64,000 nucleotides of DNA from Lingula anatina (Eukaryota > Animalia > Brachiopoda). Both the position numbers and the translations under genes were made by a program. The notes beneath the pieces were generated by a model. The model was given only the letters and a program-made list of their open reading frames with translations. It was not told the origin of the DNA and did no database searches. Shown piece after piece: positions 14,101-29,096 of the stretch. Positions within the stretch are counted from its first letter, which is position 1, and each line of letters starts with the position of its first letter. The stretch spans positions 14,012,001 to 14,076,000 of the forward strand of contig CM120641.1 of NCBI GenBank assembly GCA_051362555.1. Direction: 5' to 3'.

Positions 14101-17100
14101 TACAGCTTTGATTGAACATGAATCAATCAACAGATTAAAATGTGCACCACGCAATTTAAACGCACCCAGAAAATAATTTTCAGTTGATGAAATCGTTGAT
14201 TGAAACCAAATAGGAGAGAATCAGTCGGCCACTTGGTTGAGATTGTTTACCGGACACCTATTCTGAACATCAGATGAAGGATCAAAGGGATGAAGAAAAT
14301 GAAGCGCGCTTTCCTTATTGTATATCAGTGTGCACAATGCCTCTTCCGATCACCTGGCGAAACTCCACAGTCTTCCCTCTCACATGCTGGCTCCTTTTGT
14401 GCCCTCGCTGTATTGCTCGATCGATGCATAATCACTACTGTTTTCAATTTCATTTTAATGGTCGCTAGTTAGGGGCAATCTTCTGTAATTTTCATTAGTT
14501 TGTAATGTAATTCCTCGCCCTAAGGAGGATTCTAGATATGGGTTTTTTCTTCGACAAAAATTACCGAGTGTTGTGTTGAATACAACAAAGCAGCTGGAAG
14601 AATGACCGAGAATGTGCTTGAATGCGAATATAAACGGGAAGATTGGTGGACAATTGTTCAAAACTTAATATTGTGTTAAACATGAATTGACAAGGCAAGA
14701 TGATTCGAAATGTGATTAGACCCGATCTAACGCGACAAGTTAATCCCCTTACTGGTTTACTGAAAATGGCCAGGGCCACGAAATTCGAACCCTGATCAAT
14801 TAGGAACAGACTACATGGTGTATGGTTTTCACAGCTTTGGTTAAAAAAGCGCGGTTGACGGGTCGTGTTTGTTTAGTTAACAAATATAAAAGACTTTTCT
14901 AAAGAACCATACATCGAGTGCAGCATTTGTTGCAGTTATTTGTATCTCTAGAATTTAGGTTAGACATTTTAACCTTCATTCAAAAGGAACATTTCAGAGA
15001 GAGTGAGGAGAGAAAAATTATAGGAATCATCCTCGCGGTTTATCGAATGGTGGATGAAATGTGAAAAACGCACCGAAAATTTGATTTTGAAAACTCGGAA
15101 ATTATTCAATGTTATTCAATCATATTGAACTTTATACTAATTCGTGGTATTGCCTTTGATTCAAGAACTTTTTTGGAATCTTTTTTGAATTTTTTTGTAA
15201 AAACGCACTGCCGAGATAAAGCGTTTCACCTGTAACCTCTTTGAACAACCAATCGATCTGTTTAACTTCTGCACACATTTCTTCTTCCCTCAGTCTCTGT
15301 TTCGACCATGATACACGTCCCGACACGTACCGAAAATGCATCTCCCCATACTTGTGAAACATGGTCATTACATTCGCCTTCTGTGACGCTCTGGCCACGA
15401 TGCACTTCCTCTGCAGAGACAGTACCCAATGATGGTGTGACTTTGGGGTGCAAACAGAGTATTGTAAATCCGGTCAAGATTCTTTTTGATTTCACACAAC
15501 CTAATCAAAATGTCCAAATGCGATTTAAAATGGTATGGAATGCTGTAACATATTAAATTAAAATGTTAGAAGCAATTTGTTAAAAGCTACAGAAATCCAG
15601 AAGAAAGCCGTCACCCAAGAGAAAGAAAAAAGCATTTAATATCAGCATTGCGTATTTAGACTGACATTTTTATCTAGTGCCACGTGGCTGTTATTTATAC
15701 AATTGAGTCAAAAACCTTAATGAACCAGATGCTATTTCAAGAAATAATATTACTTGAAATTTCGTTGTATCAAAATAGAAAATTTCAGAACAATTAATTT
15801 TTTAATTTGGGTTGTCTTTTATTCACCCAACATGACAAGCAAGTGCATAATTTGGTGTATATTATTTTCAAATAGAATTTATCTAATAGCGATAGAGTCA
15901 ATCCGAGATTTGTCACCTACTCTCATATAGGATTTCATCTAGATTAAAAATATTTCAGTATACTGCGTATTTGTTCTAATTTTCCAAAAAATTGCTTACT
16001 CTAATTCTATAAATTTTGCCATAATAAAATATACTACTAGTTCTTCTTCAGACTGCAAGCCCGCAGATGCCTGTGTTCTTAATCTCATCATTAATCAACG
16101 GCTCTCTTCATCAAACAGGCACATTAAATGGTCATTAGTTAGCTAATTGATTGGAAAATACCTACGAGCGAGAAATATTGTGACTTGCCGATCCGTTAAT
16201 CCGATACTACAATGACAAAAGGATTAACTTCATTATCACTGTGTATAGCGTTTTTGCAACATGTCATACTACACTCACGGTGCATCACAAACATGTATCT
16301 CCCGGACGACTTTCATTAGAAACTATTAAAATAAATCTTGCAGCTGCGAAAAAATGCAAGAACACATTTCTTGATTTAAACATTACCTGACAAAGAGATT
16401 TGAAATTACATTATCTTACCCAGAGATCAGCATGTTTTTATCTACCACCGAAAGTATAAATCATTCCTTGACAGTCAAGCCCAATTTTACCTGAAGCCTT
16501 ATTCTTTTATTTAACATACTTGATTCTACCTATATTTTCATATAAAAAATTGATCACCTTAATACTACTTTCTCTGTCGTAAAAAAAACTCTTTCATAAA
16601 ATGATGACACTGAAAGTGACACCCACTTCAACACAGACAAGTGTCATTTTCTAAACCCTCTTCATCATAACGAGTGCTTGCCCGCGAGAAAGAAATGACG
16701 TAATATAATTGGCCCACTGCTGTCCGGATGAACAATGTTACCGAGGGGGTGTGGATACGTTAATGAGAGCCACACAATCTGGTTCATTAACTGCAAATTT
16801 ATCTAAATGTATATTGCTCATTAGGCTGCCTTCTTTATCCAATTGCTTCCAAAGCAATACAATTTTATCCTCATGTACTGGTTGGCAAAGCAAAGGGTTT
16901 TGTCTTTTGATTTTTGTCTGAATTACATTTTTTAATATTTTGATATAATAAAACGGAGAACGTGTCAGTTTAAAAAATTCCTCAAATACACAGCCTCACA
17001 GTGGATCACATTTCACAATCGAATGGTCATCTATGCCCCCCCCCCCAAAAAAAAAAAAAAAAAATCATGACAGACTGATAGACAAACATTGATCCTATTC

Positions 17101-20100
17101 TTATATGAAGACATCAACCCTAATCCCACTTTATTAAAAGTCTCGAGACGATTATTCCGATAATTAAACGTATAAAGCGGCATTCGATGTTAACGTTTAT
17201 TTTCCGTGATAATTCTATTATATCGAATGATGATTTATGATACCCTAAAGAGAATATAATGGAAATTTTCGAAAAAACATTACTCGAAAGAGACCTGCAA
17301 ATGACACGTCTGGGAAATAAAAGTTTGATTAAGCGGATCATGGATGTGTTCAAACTTTGAGGAAATGCCGGGTAAATTAAAGCGTGATTTGGCAAAATGG
17401 ACCTGACAGACGAGCTATATATTAAGGGGTGAAAATAAAAAGAACTGGCCCGGTCAAAATAACTGTCGTGAAGAGTGCCACATCAAAGTTAACCTCAGTG
17501 TGCTTCTTGAAAATTAACGCACTATTATTTTGACCCATGGAGTTTACATTGGGAAGCCGGGAGTTGAACTGTGGACTAGATTTTATATATGAAGCAACTC
17601 GGGTTAACAAAGTATTAGATTCTCTGGAACAAATCTGGAACAAATACAAATTTTATGATTTTTTTCTCACTAATTTTCATTCACGTTTTTATAACGTGTC
17701 TAATAAAAATAAATTTGAAGAGGAAAAATTAAGTGGCAATGTACTCTTTTTTTGTTTCTGTATATTGATACACAGAATAAAATTATTACAATAATACGCT
17801 GAATTATTACCGTCATGTGCAAATATTTCATGACAAAAATATGTCATTCGTATATGAATTTACTTAAATCATAATGGGCATTAATCTATTGAAATGGCAA
17901 TATCATGCTAAATTAAATGTACATTCAACCGCACGTTATTTGTTGACATATTGTTTAAACTGAATTGCGAAAGGCATTATGAGTACGTTAACGGTTTACA
18001 CCCTCATAAAACTTTCTGAGACGAGTGTTGGAAAAAATGTACATGTTTACAAAATAACACCAGTTATCAACTTTTTTCGACGCAGATTGCTCTTGAACAT
18101 AGTTCAATTATTCCACTAAAATGAGATGACTCAATCTTAAAAGAGCCGCATAAGATGTCAATGCCCAAAACAGATTCATTAATTCAAAGCATTTTACCAG
18201 TTGAAGATAGCTCAGTTTTCAAATTGCTGTATTAAAATCAACTAAAGGATGACTCGCTCATCAGTTCAAATACATTTGCTTAAAGGAGATAGTTCAATCT
18301 TAAAATTGTCAGTATCTCAGGCACTCTGGTCCAATTTGGCTAATTGCAGGAACAAATGGGTCTCTTCATCACCATATAATTACGTCTCTTTATCAGCTGG
18401 CGCCATCTTAAGGCGATAAGGACAATTTAGGTCTCTCGAAAATTTTAACTTTTCGCTGTGGTCATTATCTTTTGCTGCATCTTCTTTTGAATTCTTCTCA
18501 CATCTTTGCAGCAGACGGAATTGCCTCTATCTTACCTCAAAATCTACGTGAAAATGTAATTATTTAATTTGAATTCCTTCTTTTTTCACCCTTTTTGTCA
18601 AGTCCAAATTTTTAAAACGCACGTACTGACAGAATAGAACTCCAAAATATATTTGAACAAAATAGTTGTCATTTACTTTCTAACCATGATTATAATCGAT
18701 TTTTTATGGAACAATTGATGTTCTCCGAACTGTGGTGGTTCGTCCCACCGTTTAAACAATGTGTTATTAAGGGGTGGGAAGAACACGATAATAAACTCAC
18801 TGAATGACAAAATCCGGGTTACGGCGGTTTTCTTTCGGTGCACCGATTCAGTTTATTTTTTCCGATACTCTATATTTATACCCATTTACAGCAAAGAAAT
18901 GACAAATGACACACGTACTTTTTGCACATTAGCGAGACAAAGGTGACGGGATGAAAGTAACACGGAACTTGGGGGCATGTGTTATGCACTGTACACCTCG
19001 CGGATTGTTTGTCAGCCACACGTCGTAGTTGACATTTACGACCAATTACTCTGGACTTTCTGGAGACCGTCTAGTCAGCCAAGTTGACAACTTGGGGTTA
19101 CTATCTCATCATGGACCGTGCTTTTTGAAATACAAATTAAACTATTTAATTTTAAAAGAAGTTTTTAGTACATAATTCTAACCAAAAACGAAAATAGGCC
19201 ATGTGTGCATCGTGAAATATTTTTCTTAGAAGGTAACTTTCCTAATTTACCTACCTTACCGTTAATTTATCATAAAAAGGCTACAACACTGATATAAACC
19301 TATCACTCGTCGTTTGTCATCAGTATTGTCCATATAGTAGATTAATTAAGATCGCTTTCACATTTCTAAATATACCGTTATCGAGTTACCTCTGAAGAGA
19401 GGAGAGACAATGAAAAGCGACGACAAGTGAACAGCGTTAATCGCAAAGTGAATACGAGCAGCAGAGGTGTCTACGTGAAGACAGGTGAGACCATCACTGG
19501 TAGCCTAGCAGGACGCCTCCAAAGTACGTGTCCATGAGAACCAGGGGACCTCAGACAACTATTGTCCTTTACCTGAACTTTGAAAAAAACGAGCTGTGGA
19601 TACCGCCAACTCTGTGATAAATGTGAATAAAATGAGAATGTTTTAAGATTTAGTTACGCACCTTGCCGACGCCCGAGCGTGCTACGATATTCAATGATAA
19701 CCTTTCAGGAGGTGTCAGAAGCGTTGCCTGTGTCTAGATGGAGTTGTTGTTGACTCTACTTGGCTGGGTGGATAGCGGTATGTCGCTGTGGTATAAATCT
19801 AAAATTGCTTCGCTGGGGCACCTAAAAACCCTAGTACCGATCTCGTCTTGGCAGAGGAAATAGACTTGGAGATAAAGATACAGGTGGTGATACTGACGCG
19901 GAGCCCCCCCTCCTCTCGTGTGCGAGCTCTATAAGTTAGTGAGAAATCACTTGACAAATTAAAATGTATCACTTGGATCAGGAATATGTTAAAATAAACG
20001 TTTTCTTACCTGGCTCATGACAGCAGTTTGCATACTGATAAACCAGCACTTTTTCTATCTGGGTGCTATCTTCTTTTACGCTTTGCTGGCCGTGGGATGA

Positions 20101-23100
20101 TATATCTCTCCTTGTTGTTCGTTTCCTTCCGTCCGTGACTTGTTGAGGAGGAGGGGTAATTAAGGCTATTTTAGGTCAACTGGAGGGACGTTGTATGTTA
20201 TGACAGTCGACAGTTTTTAAACAACATCGCAAATGTGCCCTATTCCGATCAACATGGCGCCTCAGTCAGCCACTGGCAGTAAAATGTTGTTTAGGTTCTG
20301 TCCAAAGATTTATAGCAGCACCTTCGCTCAAGCTTGACCCTTTCTCGGCTGCTGACTATGCTTATGCGGATGTTCAATTGTCCGGACTTAATTTGAACCC
20401 CCTTACTAGCTTGCATCCTCGGGGTAGGTTTCTTGTCGATTTCTTACGTCCATCATTTGTAAAGCGATCCCCTTTGAGATAGTATCTGTCTTAACAAAAG
20501 TCTCTTCCACAATTACGTAAGATAAAGCGACGAGGAAACCGGTAACATCGCCAGGTAAAAATTAGCGCAACTGTCATTATGGTTCAATTTTATACCACTT
20601 GTATGTCCTAGAGGGAGGTCTCTTACAAACTAACATGGCGCATTCTTCTCACTAAAATTATCTCTATGCTTGAAGCTAGACCGCATTTTCCTTCGAAATT
20701 TCTAAACCGCCACTCCTTGCGGCTAAACTATGTCAATTCAAGAACCAACATTTTTTTCAATTTACTTTTGCCAAACATGCCTTCTGCGAATTTTTATTTC
20801 CAGTTGATTTTATCCTTTTGTTACAAACGAAGTTTATTTCAGTTAATCTGGTCTAATTTTGCTAAAGGTTTAGTGGGATATATATCAGCCACAAGCGAAC
20901 GTGTCATTTTGTCAGACATTCTTTATTTCAAGTGTAGGAAAAGGTGTAATTCGTGCACTGACACGCGACTGCGAAGTGATGAAGACCAAATGTTGCCTTC
21001 AATACTAATTAATTAAAAAAAGAGAAGTTCTTTTTAGGCTTTGTGTTCAGTTATGTTCTTGAAGTCATGCAGGGTTTTGTTCGAAGAATTAGTTACGCGT
21101 AAACTCTTCTAAAAGATGGTGAACTGGATAATTCAGCTAGCTACCTTGCAGAACTGACACAGATATAAGTATGATCTGTGGCTGTGATTAAGCAAGTGTT
21201 AATAAGGGGATCAAATGAACAGTTTTTCTTCTGATAAAACATGTTATCTTGTTTAGATCAATACCAATTAAGGTAATTAGTGGTCTCCTTTCCCTTGCCT
21301 GGGGTCTACACAGCGCCAGAATACTACAACAGGACTTCGCACAAGTGTGTCACCGCTATGATTGATGAGAAGGCGCAATGCCCATAGGGGAATGTGTCAT
21401 CTCCCCGTATTTTCGCTCTCGTAACAGTAATGACAACACCACGAAAGGAAAGACGCAGATACAAGCTTGACGCTGCTGTTGCACATTCATGACTAATGAT
21501 GAATGTGAGGAAAGATCATCACCTATGTAATGTCTTTGTTCGGAGGCTGAGAATATAAGTTGACTGGCTTATTTAACCACTTTCCCCGTGGCAAATGTGA
21601 CGTGAGAACGTCTTGAAAGCTGCGTAAGTGTCGATTTTCACGCAACCGGTGCCATGCTGAGTTATGCCTGTTACACACGTATATATTTTGTGTTAATTTC
21701 ACTTTCTGGACAAGGCTTGACTGAAGTATTTATCCAAACCACCACGATTGAATATCTTACATTTTTTGTTTTGCATACCCTTTTTTTCTTTATGGTACCT
21801 CATTTGCGGATGATTTTGTCAATCTTATTTGTTTTCTTAAGAGATTGTGAAAAATACATACTCATCTATAATGAGAAGCCTGTAGTCTGATTTAAAAGAT
21901 AAATGGGTGCCAACTTAGGATATCATATTACTTTTTGTTATTTCATTCTTAATTTTAGGTGTCTTGTGTCTCAAATTTCTCTCTTTTACAAAATTATGAA
22001 AATCTACAAGCAATCCCACAGAGGAAACCCGTGAGACTTGTTTCAAGAGCTGATTTTCAGCATACTGAATGCAAAGTATAAATATTGTCTTTCATTTTAT
22101 TCGATGACGTACTGGTATTTCAGTGAACTTCGTTATTGGAATAATGCTATTTCTGCGCTTATTTGAGGAATTGATACCAAGCTGCAGGTATTTTTCCCCA
22201 AAAATTACTTTGAACAAAATGATAAACAAACGGCTCCTCAGAGAAAAGCCGTCCTGCTTTTACAGTGGTCCAATATTACTATTTATTTCAAAGCATTATT
22301 AAAATCTGAAATAAACGGAATTTTCCAAATAGGTAAATGACGTTACAGAATTAGTCAGACCCGCTGAAATTAAGTAACCTAGATGTCAGACAGGCCAGGC
22401 ATGTTATATTAAATCAAATTTTATTTGAGATCGGAATTTTTGAGCAAGATTATTTCGACACCCTGTCTAGCTTGGTAAGCAGTTGAAAAACATTTTCCAA
22501 CGAACAACGGCGATTAAGATGAATGTGTACTGTACAGGACTTGGTCGGTTTTGATTTGGACCGGCAAACGCTTATTGAGTCCTAGGTTACATATGGCGCA
22601 CTGCCATTATTTCCTGACATTAAGGCCACTTGATTTTTCAACAAACTGCACAGTTTTCAGTTGGATAGATACAGTGCAAGTCCTTAATCCAATATTTATT
22701 GACTCGTTACTTTAGTAGTGAATAATGCTTTTGCTTGAAAGTTAAACATGAAATAATGATGACGCCGCTGTTTTGTTCAGATAATGATGGAAAATGGTAT
22801 GTTTGGAGGACGTAATATGCTCGCTGTGTGGCCAGGATAGCTAAGGTGATTTGTCGGGGAAGATGTTCTCAGGCAAAATAAGCAAAGAAATAACTTAATG
22901 ACTTTAAATAAAATATTTATGGAAAGTTTTAAGTTTGCCCACATACGCACATGTACCACAAAATTCACCCAGACCCACTCCACACCCCTCCCCTCCCTCT
23001 CTACATTTTTTTTTCTAAGAGAAAGAAAATCACCGAAACGACGCGATTTTGCCGGCTCAGATGTCCTCGGTAAAGACCAATCAAGGTGGATATTGACAAT

Positions 23101-26100
23101 CCATCCCCACTGTACTTTGTCTGCATAACTATAGCCCAAGTCATTAAGCCAATCTTTCACAAGGCGCAAGGGCAGGTAGATTCGGTTTCCTTTAAATTGT
23201 GTTGTTATTGTCGAAACTCAGAGCAGTTAATTTGGGGACGTTCCAACAGATAAAGCCCCTTCGTGTATGGGTTGAACCTGTAACAAAAGGTGGCGGCAGC
23301 ATCAAGCGATTTGGTTTGCGTAATAGCACAGGCATTACGCCTAAACGCTACATAATAGGTTTAAATTTTCGCACGCTTGTTACTCGTTTTGGTCCAGTTT
23401 TGTAATTTTTTTACCCTTCCGTTCACGCGTGTTCGCACTGCAACGAAATCCAGGCCACTATGAATATAAATGGGAAATGTATAGAATTGTTACATAACAT
23501 TACCACAAGCCCAAGATCTGTTAATGTGTTTAATTTTACGTTGAGAGAACTTATTCATCGGCGTGGCTTTCTCTCACGCACATTCATTCAGTCTTAATTT
23601 CCCCTTTTGCTTCATCAATTTTATATATAATGAGAAGTTATTGGAAAGAATTCACCGCATTTTTTTATTCACTGTTCCGTCTTTAACTCACATCTTTCAT
23701 TCATCTACGAAAAAAGTTTCTTTTGTGTCATGAACGTCACTGACTGTTACGGTCAGCGTGTCTCTATTTTGGTCTTACCTCTACCATGGAATTTTTAAAG
23801 ATCAGGTGAAACGGCAAATAAACCCCTAGAGGTAAGAGACACACCCCTACCGACGCCATACGTTATATGACGAATAACATAAAATCTTCCACTTTGTTTC
23901 CCACCGGTCATGTAGGTCCGCACGTCAAAACAAAAATGCCCACGAGAGAGGGAGAAATAGTCCCAAAACACAAGTTCTGCTTTTGGCTTTATTCCATGTG
24001 GTTTTAATCGACAGAATAATTGAACGTTATAAAAACGAAATAAGCAATATGCTGCAGGAAAAACAAATACTCTTTAAAGAAAAAAGAGGCGATGAATATT
24101 TGAAAATCTTTACAGGTACCCCGTGGTTTAATATCATGCGTTACAATTTTGCAAAATAATTGAATGCTATAAAAAAGAAATAAGTACCTACAATATGCCG
24201 CAAGGAAAACGTGCTTCTTAAGAAAGTGCGATACTATTTTTCGGTTATAACGGCCCTGGAAGGAGCTTTGAGCTTTGTAAGCGTAAAGTTAAACGCACCA
24301 TAGTCAGCATAGCACAACCGCGGATCACAAGAAGATTAACAAAAAGAATAAAATTTTGATACAAAACATGTTGCGGCTAAACTCAATGAAAGTGACATCG
24401 CTCATTATTTCATACTTAAAGTATTCTAAATTACATCTTTGGTGTATCGTATACCATAATAACATTGATTTAGAATATAAAATTTTCATGATATTTATAA
24501 TTATATGTAGTCCCTTCAAATCAAAAAGCATATATGAAAGATTCATTTTCTCTGTGATGTATTTAATGCAGGTAGAATTACAAGAGAAAAAGTAAGAAAA
24601 GACAGCCATGTTTCAACATACCGGCAGCAAAATTGTTGAAATTGCACTGGGAAAATGCAGGATTTTAAGAGTTGAAAAATAAGAGGAAATCTGTTCTTGT
24701 ATTGAGATTTCCTTGAAATATATCATTGTCAAATGTGCCTTGGGAAATTGAAAATGGCTTACTATTTTAACACATTCTATTGTACATCATGTCTCGTCAG
24801 TTGAAGTTGTTTTGGCTCCCGTTCTCTCCTTACTCTATTTGTACACAGTATGGAGTAAATTTTCAGTCGTCATTCTTGAAATCACTTACAATTCTAGGAA
24901 AATGATAAAATCAACCAAACCAAACGATCTCATTATGTAAATGAATTTGTGGATCCTTGGTGCTTTTTTCTTATTACTATCACCAACCTGAAATAGATTG
25001 GCCATATGGCCCGATCAACTAAAATTTTAAATAACAATGTAAGGAAAAGATAGTATTACATATTTCACTCTGTATCTCACAGAAATGCATACTTCGACCG
25101 AATTTTTTTTCTTATCATCGTCGTTGGCCTCTCGCAGGCGTTCTCGGCATGCAGACTTCAGTTTTGACAGAAAAATGCTCATTCAAATGTGCCAGAGATG
25201 ACGGTGCTTGTCAGCACATCTCCGCCACAGCAATCGCTTAAGTAACCTATTCGACTGTTGATTTTGTGTGTTTTGCCATTTGCACAAAAGTGCGAGCAAT
25301 AATAAAAGTATAAAATTACGGTCTTTGGCATTAGAATTTAATCTAAATTGCTTTGATTCAACTAACTTTTCTTGTGTTTTGTTTAAAATAAAGGGAAGGC
25401 TGTTTAATAATATTCATGGGGTAACTCGGGATTAGTTTCTCGCCCCTTGCTAATTTTGCGTCCGAATTTTATCACGTTATGATTACTCTATTTATATTCG
25501 TCGACTATAAATAGAGTTTATCTCAATATCCCATTTATGATTTAAAAACTGAAAAAAAAATGTATACCTGTACAAACAGAAAAAGGCCTCATCCATACAT
25601 TAATCAAAAGGATCAAAAGTCGCTGTTTTTATCTATAGCATTCTTGCACCAGGGATCTTAACCTAAAATCTTGCTCTGTCATTTATTAAGAGATACCACC
25701 GTACAAATCAGGTAAAGAAATCTCTTCTCCTCCTCAACTAAAAACCCTTAAACACATGTACATTGGCGTCATTGACTGCAGTATCATTAATAAGTTATCG
25801 CGTTAAAAAAACTAGAAATATACCTACACTGTATTTGGAATATCAAGAGAAATAGGGTGGATATCACATTGTACCACGGTTTGAACTAAAAATTTCAAGT
25901 CTCGCTATTTCTATCTCAGGTCCTAGTCAGTACTATCCATCAAAAATTGACTTGGTTTCTGTTGATTTTCATTTTATGATTTTGTCAATATAATTTTACT
26001 CCATTCTGGCAAGATATTGTTTTCAGTTTTTTCCAGCAGTATAACATTCCAGAAATGGTCAAACAGACTTACACTAGGGTCACATTTAGTCATTTGGTAT

Positions 26101-29096
26101 TTGAGGAACGGTGTCTTATTAAGCATATAAACTTGACAACACGACCTGTTATTTCATTATGTTATGAAAAAACGTATTAGAAATATCTTCAGTATTATTT
26201 TCTAACTTCCTACTGAGTACAAAAGCAAGCACTTCCCAAACCTCGGTCGCTTTTGCCGATTTTTGCTAATTCTTATTTTTTAAAAAATTATAACACGTTA
26301 CCACAAAACTTTTCACTTAGAATTGTAAAAACAAAGGCACGGTAAAAGCGAAAAACTCGACGGTTATTACTTAACAGTTTCAGAGTTGTCAACTCGGGTC
26401 ATTTATGAATAAGCTTCTCAGTTTCAATTATCGATTTCGTATATCTTCGGGTTTAATCTCAATAAAAATAATAATGATTAATTTTCTTAATAATTATTAT
26501 AATAACAATAAGTTTGGCGCTATTTAATAAAATGTCAAGTTTTTAGTAGCTTCTGGACACATCTGCTCAAATATTTTTCATCTTCGAAAAATTAGAAATA
26601 AGTGGAAGTACACATATATACACATACCAAATTATGCCCCCTGTTATGCTAAAATCATCGCAAATTTTTACAAGGCCATAAGGCTGGTACCCTTTAATAC
26701 AGTGCTAAGTTAGTATACCAGAGTTTTTTTTCATCGTTGAAATATTTGTAATAAATGGAAATGCAAATATATTGATGCACTTCCCAAATTATGCCACCTC
26801 ATTATATTAATCGCAAACATTCCAAAAATTCAGCAATGCTTGTTTACTTCACTTTGTAAGGTATCTGCCATATCCCTTTTATCAAAAACATTAAACGTTC
26901 CAAAAGTATACTATTAAGGTACCTTCATCCCAATAAAACAACTCGTTTTGATAGTTTCCAAACGCTTAAATGTAATTGAAATGAAAATACATCTTTTGTC
27001 ACCTAACGAGTTGCTTCCATAAACGTTTGTGGTATTGGTGTGAATTTTGTGGTACATAAGCATAAGACCAACGGACCGTTTTAATATCGACTTGTCCTGT
27101 AATGATTATAACTCACAACATAATTCCATATCTACTGGTTAATTGCAACGCGTATGAAGGTCTTATTAAATCATTTGATCAAAAATAAGCTTTTTATCAA
27201 ACCGACGGCAATATGCAAACGGAGTTTTCATTTTGCTCTACTTGAGAAAAAAGTACAACTAGGCTAATACGTTTATCTACACCAAAGCCCGCAGTAATCT
27301 TTTCACACATTTCTTTATTCACCCAAAACTCTTTGACTAAGGCAGAACGCAAATTACATTAAATCCCCAAAAGCTTCTAAAATCAATGATATGAAGTATA
27401 CGACATGATATCCTTAAGCATAAAAACTTATTAAATCCTGTTGATAAAAGTTGAATAGCTTAGCTCTGCACCGGTGCAATTTTTTTCTATCAAACGCCAG
27501 GTGAGAAGAAAAACCGAGATCTCCTTCGACTTCCCTGCTGTTCGGTCGATTCCTCATCAAAGGTGCCGACACTTGCCAGTACGTGGGACTATCCCCGACC
27601 GTTTAATCAGCATCGGGTATCCTTGGCATCTCGCATCTGAGAAGAAATAATTAAATCCAATGTAAAGATGGATTGCTATCAAAGGCCAGTGCATTTTTGA
27701 AGAGAAATAATGAAATTATTCATACTACCAACTTGTCGGAGATAACTTTCTACGATATAAAGCGTTTTCTTCTTGTTGTTATCTTGCTAAAAAGGTTATC
27801 GGCGTTAGTGGATGGGGTTTACTTTACAAGCACGGTCATCCTTTTGCTGATTACTACCCACTTCCTTTGAAAACACGTGGAATCATAAACCCAGAAGAAG
27901 GCAAATTTTTATCTTAAAGCATTTGTTTGGCCGATGATATTAGAAATACTTGAACGGTGAAAAGTTTTAATGAAAATAACACATCCCCAATAATTACTCC
28001 TCAGCCTTTGCCATCAAAATGAAGAGAAAAGGTGTGAACAGGCTCAGAAGAGCTCACTCCTTAGAGGCGGCACCAATTCATGTCAAGTTCAATGTTTACT
28101 CAAAAGCTCCGATTTGTAATCATAGAAAAATACCATAATTTATACGTTTTTGCACTACAAAAGGTTGCAGCTCTGAAAGTCATCCGCCAGAGCCTGGCAC
28201 AACTATCAACTCTCCTATCTTCAAACGAAGCAGCTATGTGGGAGCTCTTTAGAGCTGGATCGAGTATCAAAGCATAGCTATAGATCACTCGTTCGGGTTC
28301 AAAGGCAATGCAAAAAGGCTGTAAAAATACTTTTTCTCCAGCGTTTGTTATGAACAAGGATTTTCAATTCACCATTGTTATTTCTGTTTAGATTTGTTAC
28401 ATGTGTTTGGCAATATGCACACGCTTGTTAAGCTAAAGGCAGGTTAAAAAAACGTGTGTTTATCTTATTCTACCACTCTCCAATATATAGGCACGCTAAC
28501 TTATTGTGTTCATCAAAACATCAAAGAAACCATGATTGTCGTCTATGTGGTTGAAACACACCGAGCAATGCTGGTTTATATATGAACTTAACCATCGGGA
28601 ACAAACCTACGAAAAAAGATTCAAGTTTCACGGAGACACGTATTATTTTCCACAAATTTTTGGTTTCTCAAATAAATAAAACACTTTCGAATGCATGATT
28701 ATCTTCGAAAATAAAATAAACAACAATTCAGTGAGTATAAGCAATTTTAATAGAAGATTAATGTGCTGACAGCATCTGTACAGTAAATTAAAATAAAACA
28801 AAAGTAGTTAGTGATATTCAAATTACACTTGGCATGTAGAAACACAGCAACATTTTTGTACTTAAATAACTTTGTTTGAAGTGGTGCGTCAGTCGAAACA
28901 AATAAAAAAATACTTCCTGAAAGATCACAAACTTGAATATGACAACGTTCTCGTAGAATTCTTTGAAAAAAGTATAGCAACATTTGAGCAATGGTATTTG
29001 GCATTTATTGATTTGAGCATTTCTTTGAAGTCGGTGGGATGCGTTCGGCTGGCGTCAATTGACTTCCAAAAATACTAATTTAAATAGTTTCAATTT

